DNA from: Candidatus Limnocylindria bacterium
GTDB taxonomy: Bacteria; Chloroflexota; Limnocylindria; P2-11E
DNA length: 64,000 bases
Assembly: GCA_035651155.1 (NCBI GenBank)
Contig: DASRGG010000027.1
Location: 36,182 to 100,181, forward strand
Reading direction: 5' to 3'
Each line of letters starts with the position of its first letter. Positions within the stretch are counted from its first letter, which is position 1. This document shows positions 27,566-34,421 of the stretch, in pieces. Under the pieces are notes generated by a model. The model was not told the origin of the DNA. It saw only the letters and a list, made by a program, of their open reading frames with translations, and ran no database searches. The translations under genes were made by a program, and so were the position numbers.

Positions 27566-29215
27566 TTACCGGGATGTCGCGGAGGTGTGGCCGCTCGTCG
27601 TGAGCTCGCGGCGGAGCGAGTCCTCGTCCGTCAGCGGCGCGGTGCAGGACGTGCCCACGCACACGTACGCGGCGACGCGGTCCGCGGGGAAGCCGCGCTG
27701 CGTCAGGAGCGCGGTGTCGCGCCGGGGATCCAGCGCGACGGTGACGATGTCCGGATCGTCGCTCGCACGCGCCGCGCGGATCAGCGGGCGCGCCCGCTCC
27801 TCGGGGCCGACGACCACGACCGAGATGGGCTCGCGGAGAGCGCGCGCGACCGCGTTGGCGTACGACGACGCGAACGGCCCCCATTGCCGGAAGTCGCCGA
27901 CGAACGAGCGGAGCGCCGCGACGGCGACGTCGCGCCATTCGTCGTCGCCGCTCGCGATCGCGAGCCGCAGCAGCGCGTCCGCCGCGGCGGCGTTCTCCTC
28001 CAGCGGACGCTCGCGGCGCGCGAGCCGTCCGGGCGCGTCGCGCGCGGGCGTGTCGAAGAAGCCGCCGCGCTCCCGATCCTCGAGGTCCTGGCGCATCCGC
28101 CGCGCCACGCGAAGCGCCGCCTCCAGGTCGCCGACCTCCAGCAGCAGGCCGAGGTAGGTCGCGGCGTCCTCGAGGAGGCCGGGCAGCTTCGGGCCCGAGC
28201 CGTCATCGAAGCGGCAGAGCGCGCCGGTGGCGTCGCGGAGGCGCCTGTCGATGGCGCGCGCCGCCCGTACGCCGCGGTCGCGCAGCGCGTCGTCGCCGAG
28301 CGCGTCGCCGGCGCGGACGTACGCGGCCGCGGCGAGCGCGTTCCACGACGTGTAGAGCGTGCGGTCGACGAAGGGCGCGTCGTGGCGCGCGCGACCGGCG
28401 GCGTCCAGCGCGTAGTAGTGCTCGTCGGCGTCCTGCGACCCGCTCCACAGGCCGGTCTCGGGCTGGAAGAGCACCGCGTCCATCCAGCGGACGACGTGAA
28501 GCACGACGCGATCGAGCCCCGCGTCGGAGAAGGCGCGATGCGCGTCGGCGTAGATCGCGAGCAGCTCGGCGTTGTCCTCGAGCATCTTCTCGTAGTGCGG
28601 CACGTTCCAGTCACGCTGCGTGGCGTAGCGGAAGAAGCCGCCCTCGACCGCGTCGTACATCCCGTGCGACGACATCTCGCGGAGCGTCGTCCGCAGCATC
28701 GTCTCGATGTCCGGCGATCGCTCGCGACGGTACTCGTCGAGGAGGAAGCGCAGCAGCTTTGGCTGCGGGAACTTCGGCTCGCGCCCGAAGCCGCCGTACT
28801 GCGCATCGTACTGCCCGCTGGTGAGCGCGCGCACGACGTCGACGATCTCGTGCGTGAGCTCGCCGGGCTTCGCGGCGCGCGCCGCGTCCTCCCGCCGCAC
28901 GACCTCCGCGACGCGCTGCGCGATCTCGTCGCGCTTGTCGCGCCAGATGTCGGCGACCGCGGTGAGGGTCTGGAGCATCGGCTCCGGCGCGATGTAGGTG
29001 CCGCCATGCACGATCTCGCCGTCCGGCGTGAGGAACACCGTACTGGGCCAGCCGCCCATGTTGTAGCGGCGGTTCACGTCGGGCCGCTCGTCGTTGTCGA
29101 CACGGATCGCGACGAAGCGCTCGTTGACCGCCGCGATGATCTCGGGCGCGCTGTAGCTCGTCTCGTCCATAACGTGGCACCAGTGGCACCACACCGCGCT
29201 GATCGCGAGCAGCAC
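27566..29215 (-). CDS. Thioredoxin-domain (DUF255/YyaL-like) protein with six-hairpin C-terminal domain
   Basis: LLAISAVWCHWCHVMDETSY is the family signature, and the C-terminus reads AYVCVGTSCTAPL. The homologous N-terminal residues (IQWREWGDEAFADARRRDVP) lie upstream of the first canonical start (see findings). Confidence 0.85.
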   Translation of the reverse strand: MLLAISAVWCHWCHVMDETSYSAPEIIAAVNERFVAIRVDNDERPDVNRRYNMGGWPSTVFLTPDGEIVHGGTYIAPEPMLQTLTAVADIWRDKRDEIAQRVAEVVRREDAARAAKPGELTHEIVDVVRALTSGQYDAQYGGFGREPKFPQPKLLRFLLDEYRRERSPDIETMLRTTLREMSSHGMYDAVEGGFFRYATQRDWNVPHYEKMLEDNAELLAIYADAHRAFSDAGLDRVVLHVVRWMDAVLFQPETGLWSGSQDADEHYYALDAAGRARHDAPFVDRTLYTSWNALAAAAYVRAGDALGDDALRDRGVRAARAIDRRLRDATGALCRFDDGSGPKLPGLLEDAATYLGLLLEVGDLEAALRVARRMRQDLEDRERGGFFDTPARDAPGRLARRERPLEENAAAADALLRLAIASGDDEWRDVAVAALRSFVGDFRQWGPFASSYANAVARALREPISVVVVGPEERARPLIRAARASDDPDIVTVALDPRRDTALLTQRGFPADRVAAYVCVGTSCTAPLTDEDSLRRELTTSGHTSATSR

Positions 29216-29438
29216 CGGGACGTCCCGGCGGCGGGCATCCGCGAACGCCTCGTCACCCCACTCGCGCCATTGGATCTCGCCCGCGCGGTTCGGACGCGGC
29301 GAGAAGCGAAAACGGGCTATCTGCCTGCTCCCTCGGCGGTCGAAAGGCGGCCGTTCGGCACGGGTCGGATGGGGAGAACGGGCACAAGATCGAGTCTACG
29401 TGCGTTAGACTGGTGTCAGACCACTTGGAGGTGCGCAC

Positions 29439-29843
29439 GTGGCGATCGAGCAGCAGGAGACCGGGACGCAGGCGGAGCAGCCCGTCGTCTCGATGACGTC
29501 GCGCGCCGCCGACAAGCTCAAGGAGATCATCACCAAGCAGGGCCGGGACGACCTCGCGCTCCGCGTGTACGTCACGCCCGGCGGCTGCAGCGGCTTCTCG
29601 TACGGGATGACCTTCGCGGAGGGCCGCGAGGAGGATGACACGCTCGTCGAGCACGAGGGCGTCCGCATCGTCGTCGACCCGATGAGCGCCATGTACCTCA
29701 AGGGATCCGAGATCGACTTCGTGGACGCGCTCATGGGCGGCGGCTTCGCGCTTCGTAACCCGAACGCCGTGTCGAGTTGCGGCTGCGGCCAGTCGTTCCG
29801 CACGGCGGAGCAGGCCGGCACCGCAAAGGCCTGCGCGCACTAA
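29439..29843 (+). CDS. HesB/IscA-family iron-sulfur cluster insertion protein
   Basis: GGAGG lies 8 nt upstream of GTG 29439. The motifs are LRVYVTPGGCSGFSYGM and NPNAVSSCGCGQSF, with a 14-aa C-terminal tail containing one more Cys. Confidence 0.85.
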   Translation: MAIEQQETGTQAEQPVVSMTSRAADKLKEIITKQGRDDLALRVYVTPGGCSGFSYGMTFAEGREEDDTLVEHEGVRIVVDPMSAMYLKGSEIDFVDALMGGGFALRNPNAVSSCGCGQSFRTAEQAGTAKACAH

Positions 29844-30364
29844 GCACCACGCGCGCGCTCGTCGTCGTGGACATGATCCACGACTTCGCCGATCCGGCCG
29901 GCGCTCTGTACTGCGGGCCGTCCATGGAGCGGATCATCCCCGTCGTCGCGTCGGAGATCGCGCGCGCACGCGCGTCGCGCGAGCCCGTCATCTACCTCAC
30001 CGACGCGCACGTCGTCGGCGACGCGGAGTTCGCGATGTTCCCGCCGCACGCCATCGTCGGGACGAAGGGCGCCGAGATCATCCCCCAGCTCGCGCCGGCC
30101 GCCGGCGACACGGTGATCCCGAAGCGCCGCTACTCCGGGTTCTTCGGCACGGATCTCGACATCACGCTGCGCGAGCGCGGCGCGAACACGATCCGGCTCG
30201 TCGGCGACTGCACGAACATCTGCGTCCTCTACACCGCCGCGGACGCGCGCAATCTCGGCTATGCGGTCGAGGTCGTGCGCGACGGCGTGACCTCGTTCGA
30301 CGAGGAGGCGCACCGCGACGCGCTCCGCGAGCTGGAGAGGACCCTCGGCGCGACGCTCGTGTAG
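29777..30364 (+). CDS. Isochorismatase-family cysteine hydrolase (nicotinamidase-like); start uncertain
   Basis: RALVVVDMIHDF, VIYLTDAH, PKRRYSGFFGTDLD and LVGDCTNICVLYTA (catalytic Cys context). The candidate starts are TTG 29777 (67-nt overlap with the IscA gene) and CTG 29831. Confidence 0.8.
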   Translation: MRLRPVVPHGGAGRHRKGLRALSTTRALVVVDMIHDFADPAGALYCGPSMERIIPVVASEIARARASREPVIYLTDAHVVGDAEFAMFPPHAIVGTKGAEIIPQLAPAAGDTVIPKRRYSGFFGTDLDITLRERGANTIRLVGDCTNICVLYTAADARNLGYAVEVVRDGVTSFDEEAHRDALRELERTLGATLV

Positions 30365-30397
30365 CGCGCGGGCTCGAGCTCCTCGTCCGAGGCGACG

Positions 30398-31141
30398 TCA
30401 GGCGGGCGCCGGCTCCAGCTGGAGTCCGGTCGAGAAGGCGCAGTTCTTGGCATAGACGCTGATGACCGTGGTCGCCTCGAAGATCTGCTCGTTCGTCATC
30501 CCGAGGTTCCGCAGCGTCTCGGCGCGGTAGGCCATCGAGAGCCTGCCGTCGTTCACGACGCTCGCGGCGTACGCGACGAGCTCCTTGTTGAGCCGCGAGA
30601 CCTCGCCCTCGTGGACGGTGGCGATCTCGCGGTCCAGAACGATCTTCGCGTACAGCGGGTCACCGGCCATGTAGCTGAAGTAGCGCGGCACGCTGCCGAG
30701 CTTCGCTCGGACCTCGACGAGGATCGGGGTCGACGGATCTTGCGCGCGGACCGGCGCCACGTCGTTGAACGCCGCGATCGCGCGCTCGAAGGTGTTGATG
30801 CTCGTGACGTGGGCGATCGTCGCGACCAGCTCGACGATCTGACCGTCGTCGATGCCGTACTCGCGCCGCAGGCCTCGAGTGTGGGCGTAGAGCTCGTACG
30901 GCGCGGCCTTCGTCGCGGCGACGGCGAGCGCGATCATGCGCTTCTGCAGGTTGAGGAGGGTGCGCGTCGCCATGACGTGCGCGAGCTCCTGGTGGTTCCC
31001 CATGAGGATGGAGGGCCGCAGACCCAGCGCGCGCGTCGAGGGTGTCATCGCCGGCGCCTTCGAGATCTCCCGGATCATCGCGTCGATCTTCCTGACCATG
31101 TCGCCGTGCTCGCTCGCGTCTGGCAGCCGGATGGTCGGCAT
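30398..31141 (-). CDS. Carboxymuconolactone decarboxylase (AhpD-like) family protein, two-domain
   Basis: The protein is 247 aa, helical, with duplicated CMD-like halves. GGAGGA lies upstream of ATG 31141. Confidence 0.65.
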   Translation of the reverse strand: MPTIRLPDASEHGDMVRKIDAMIREISKAPAMTPSTRALGLRPSILMGNHQELAHVMATRTLLNLQKRMIALAVAATKAAPYELYAHTRGLRREYGIDDGQIVELVATIAHVTSINTFERAIAAFNDVAPVRAQDPSTPILVEVRAKLGSVPRYFSYMAGDPLYAKIVLDREIATVHEGEVSRLNKELVAYAASVVNDGRLSMAYRAETLRNLGMTNEQIFEATTVISVYAKNCAFSTGLQLEPAPA

Positions 31142-31358
31142 CGTCGTCCTCCTCTTCCTCGGCGCGAAGTCTAGGCGTCCGCTCGTCGCCCGAGCGAGGG
31201 AGGACCAACGTTCATGCTCGTTCTCTCATGCGAGGGACGACGGCATACGGATGTGAGCGGATGCTCGAAGCGAGATTGAGCCATGGCAACGCGCGGGTGT
31301 CTCGCACGAGGAATGGGTCGCGGCCCGGCTCCAGCCGAGAACGGATTAGCGCTCAGGC

Positions 31359-33185
31359 TCACGCATCCGTGTAGCCCTCCGCGCCGGGGTGGCCGGCACC
31401 CGTGCGAAGCACGAGCCACAGGTAGTTCGCGAACGGACGGATGCGCGCCAGGTCGGCGTCCGAGAAACGGTGGGCGCCGATGAGGACGAGCGCGCCGCGG
31501 ACGTCCAGGCCGGCGACGGACACGGGCATGAGGGCCGCGGAGCGCGCGCCCGGCACGGGACGATCGGCCGCCGCCAGCTCGTCGACGGTACGCGCCGTCG
31601 CGGTGCGCATCGTGTCGCGCGCCAGGTCCGCGAGCCGATCGGTCGACGCGTTCGAAAGGCCGCGCGACGCCGCGACGAATCGCGCGTCGCCCGCGGCGTT
31701 CGAATAGAGCAGCGCGACCTCCGCGGGCACGATGCGAAGGAGCGACTCCAGGAAGACCCGGGCGAGCTCCCCGCGCTCGAGCCCCGCGAGGGCGCGCGCG
31801 GCGTCGAGGATCGCCTCGACTCGGGCACGGCGCGGGTCGAGCCGGTAGCGCAGCTCGCGCAGCGCGCCGACGCCGAAGCCGAGCAGCAGCAGGAGCACGA
31901 TCCCCGCGGCCCGGCCGCCCACCTCGAGCACCGGCTCGCCGACCGCGTGCCCGCTGACCGTCCAGAGCACGCCCGTCAGCACGAGCGTGATCGCGGCCGC
32001 GATGAGACCGGCGCCCGATCCGGCGAGCGCGCCCACCGCGACCACCGGGACGACGGAGAACGCTCCGGCCGCCGCGCCGAATCCGGGCTCGAGCGCGAAG
32101 AAGAGCACCACGTACGCCGCGAGCGACGCCGCGATGACCGCGGCGGCCCGACGGAAGCCGCGCTCCCGCACCAGCGGTGGCACGTAGGCCGAACCCTCCG
32201 CTGAAGGCGGCGTCGCCTGCCGCGGACGCAGCGCGTCGAGGATCTCTACCATCGGCGCGTCCTTGGTGATGAACGTGTGCGCGCCCGCGGCGATGGCGCG
32301 CTCGCGCACCGCACCGTCCAGGCTGAACATCACGATCTTCGTGGACGGCAGCTCCGAGCGAAGCTGCGGGATCAGGTCGAGGCCGGATCGTCCCGGCATC
32401 TCGTTGTCGAGAACGACGACGTCCGGATGATGCCGCCGCGCGACCCGCAGGCCCTCGTCGACATCGGCCGCCTCGCCGACGACGTACAGGGCGGCATCGC
32501 TTTGGATGAGCGCTTTGAGCCCCTCGCGCACCGCGACGTGATCGTCGATGACGAGGACCCGCGTGCGACCGGCCTCGGCGTGGACGGCACGCGCATGCGC
32601 CTGCTCGAGGAGCGCGCGATCGAGTGCCGGCGCTGAGACGAGGCCGCGAGCCAGGAGGACGTCGCCAAGACGCTTCGGCGTGCCCTTCCCGATGAGCTCG
32701 CGCTGCTCATCCAGCGCGCGCTCGAGCGTGGTCGGCTCCACGACGCCGGCGTCGAGCAGGTAGACGCCGAGCGCGGGTGTCGACGCGTGCGCGGGGATCA
32801 GGTCGCGCACCAGGCGCATCAGGTCGAGCGGACCGAACGGCTTGGTGACGAAGGCGTCCGCGCCCGACGCGATCGCGCGCTCGCGCTCCGCGGGGTCGTC
32901 GTGCGCGGTGAGGATGACGATCGGCACGGATGCCGTCGCGGGGTCGGCCTTGAGCTCCGCGCAGACCGCGAGGCCGTCGGGTCCGCTGTCGCCGAAGGTG
33001 ATGTCGAGGAGCACGAGATCGGGGCGCGTGTCGCGCACACGATCGCGCGCGGCCTCGGCGGTGTCGGCCTCGCTGACGATCCAGCCCTGGCTCGTGATCG
33101 TGATGCGCACGAGCGCGCGTAGCGACGCTGAATCGTCCGCGACGAGCACCCGAACGGGATGCGGTCGCTCCGTCCCCACCTGCAC
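31359..33185 (-). CDS. Multidomain signalling protein: REC - MshEN/T2SSE_N-like - REC - about 4 TM - GAF-like, with no recognisable output domain
   Basis: REC1 is VRVLVADD...LVLLDITF...ILTAH...FVTKPF. The tandem motifs are ALGVYLLDAGVVEPTTLERALDEQ and RLGDVLLARGLVSAPALDRALLEQ. REC2 is VLVIDDH...VVVLDNEMP...VMFSL...FITKD. A hydrophobic block and a GAF-like C-terminus follow. The candidate GTG starts are 33185, 33179 and 33149. Confidence 0.75.
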   Translation of the reverse strand: MQVGTERPHPVRVLVADDSASLRALVRITITSQGWIVSEADTAEAARDRVRDTRPDLVLLDITFGDSGPDGLAVCAELKADPATASVPIVILTAHDDPAERERAIASGADAFVTKPFGPLDLMRLVRDLIPAHASTPALGVYLLDAGVVEPTTLERALDEQRELIGKGTPKRLGDVLLARGLVSAPALDRALLEQAHARAVHAEAGRTRVLVIDDHVAVREGLKALIQSDAALYVVGEAADVDEGLRVARRHHPDVVVLDNEMPGRSGLDLIPQLRSELPSTKIVMFSLDGAVRERAIAAGAHTFITKDAPMVEILDALRPRQATPPSAEGSAYVPPLVRERGFRRAAAVIAASLAAYVVLFFALEPGFGAAAGAFSVVPVVAVGALAGSGAGLIAAAITLVLTGVLWTVSGHAVGEPVLEVGGRAAGIVLLLLLGFGVGALRELRYRLDPRRARVEAILDAARALAGLERGELARVFLESLLRIVPAEVALLYSNAAGDARFVAASRGLSNASTDRLADLARDTMRTATARTVDELAAADRPVPGARSAALMPVSVAGLDVRGALVLIGAHRFSDADLARIRPFANYLWLVLRTGAGHPGAEGYTDA

Positions 33186-33255
33186 TGTTAACTCAGTTTG
33201 AACGCCCGGCGCACCCACGGGGTGTCGGCGGCGTGTAGGACGCGGCCGCCGCGGA

Positions 33256-33281
33256 ACGCGTATCATCACCCGTACGCGTAT
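33256..33281. promoter_or_regulatory. Direct repeat of ACGCGTAT (each copy contains the palindrome ACGCGT) in the divergent control region
   Basis: The copies are at 33256-33263 and 33274-33281. The second abuts and overlaps the iclR-like ATG (33280). TATCAT at 33261-33266 is -10-like. Confidence 0.3.
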
Positions 33282-33957
33282 GACCGACAGTACGGGAGCC
33301 CTCCGGCCCGTTCCCGCGATCGACAAGGCCGCGCGCGTGCTGCGCGCGCTCGCCGAGGGCGGCCGGCCCCAGGGCATCAGCGAGCTCGCACGCGCGCTCA
33401 ACGTGTCGAAGGGGACCCTGCGCGACGTCCTCCTGACGCTCGACGCCTACGGCTTCGTCGTGCGCGATCCGGATACGCGGTTCCGTCTCGGGCCCGAGCT
33501 GCGGACGCTCGCGGACGCGAGCACCCCGGACCTGCGGACGCTGGCGCAGCCGTACCTCGTCTCGCTCATGGAGTCGTTCGGCGAGACCGCGATCCTCGGC
33601 GTGGTGCACGACGGAAAGCTCGAGATCGCGGCGCGCGCGGAGCCGGCGACCGATCTGCACATGACCGCGCCTCTCGGGCGCCGCCTTCCGCTGGAGGAGG
33701 GCGCGCACGGCAAGGTGATCACGAAGGGCGTGGCCGTCGGCTACGACGACGAGGAGCTGTTCGCGGGCGTCCGCGCGGCGGCCGCTCCGATCGTCGATTC
33801 CCGCGGCCGGAAAGTGGCGTTCGTCATGGTCGTCGGCTTCAAGCAGCGGGTCGATCTGCGCACGCTCCGCAGGATCGGCGAGCGCTGCGCGAGCGCGGCG
33901 GACGCCATCTCGCGGCGCATCGGCGCGAAGGGCTCAGACGAGAACGTCAGCGCATGA
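33280..33957 (+). CDS. IclR-family transcriptional regulator
   Basis: The N-terminal wHTH is AIDKAARVLRALAEGGRPQGISELARALNVSKGTLRDVLLTL, followed by an IclR effector domain. The stop overlaps the next ATG (ATGA). Confidence 0.85.
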   Translation: MTDSTGALRPVPAIDKAARVLRALAEGGRPQGISELARALNVSKGTLRDVLLTLDAYGFVVRDPDTRFRLGPELRTLADASTPDLRTLAQPYLVSLMESFGETAILGVVHDGKLEIAARAEPATDLHMTAPLGRRLPLEEGAHGKVITKGVAVGYDDEELFAGVRAAAAPIVDSRGRKVAFVMVVGFKQRVDLRTLRRIGERCASAADAISRRIGAKGSDENVSA

Positions 33958-34421
33958 CGAAGCAGCTGCTCACCCTGCGCGTGAATGGCGAGGTGCAGCG
34001 GGTCGCGGCAGAGCCGCATCACACGCTGCTGGAGGTGCTGCGCGAGGAGCTCGATCTCACCGGGACGAAACACGGCTGCGAGCTGGGCGAGTGCGGCGCG
34101 TGCACCGTGCTCGTCGACGGCGTACCGATGCTCTCCTGCCTCACGCTCCCGCTCGAGGTCGAGGACGCCGAGATCACCACGGTCGAGGGCCTGGCGAACG
34201 GTCCCGAGCTGCACCCGCTCCAGCGCGCTTTCGCGGAGGAGGGCGCCGCGCAGTGCGGCTACTGCACGCCCGGCATGCTCATGAGCGCGAAGGCGCTGCT
34301 CGACACGACGCCGCGACCGACGCGCGAGCAGATCGCGAGCGCGATCAGCGGGAACCTCTGCCGCTGCACCGGCTACACCGCGATCTACGAGGCGGTGGAG
34401 AAGGCGGCGCGCGATGTCTGA
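33954..34421 (+). CDS. Xanthine-dehydrogenase-family small subunit, 2x[2Fe-2S] (locus A)
   Basis: GTKHGCELGECGACTVLVDG...SCLT and QCGYCTPGMLMS...GNLCRCTGY. Confidence 0.9.
   Translation: MTKQLLTLRVNGEVQRVAAEPHHTLLEVLREELDLTGTKHGCELGECGACTVLVDGVPMLSCLTLPLEVEDAEITTVEGLANGPELHPLQRAFAEEGAAQCGYCTPGMLMSAKALLDTTPRPTREQIASAISGNLCRCTGYTAIYEAVEKAARDV

Noticed and set aside
29405-29420. TGGTGTCAGACCA upstream of the IscA-like gene resembles the GTGGTCTGACCAC palindrome at 47891, suggesting a shared operator.
   Set aside because: The half-site spacing differs (5-nt versus 1-3-nt spacer) and the first site is not a true palindrome beyond 4 bp. It is likely coincidence in GC-rich DNA.
29253-29840. A 195-aa minus-strand ORF that could have supplied an alternative N-terminus for the DUF255 gene.
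   Set aside because: It is in a different frame from the DUF255 ORF, lies antisense to the well-supported IscA-like gene, and has shadow-ORF composition.
31171-31419. An 82-aa minus-strand ORF spans the CMD-gene leader.
   Set aside because: It is Arg/Pro-rich with poor GC3 periodicity. It overlaps the 3' end of the upstream signalling gene and has no motif.
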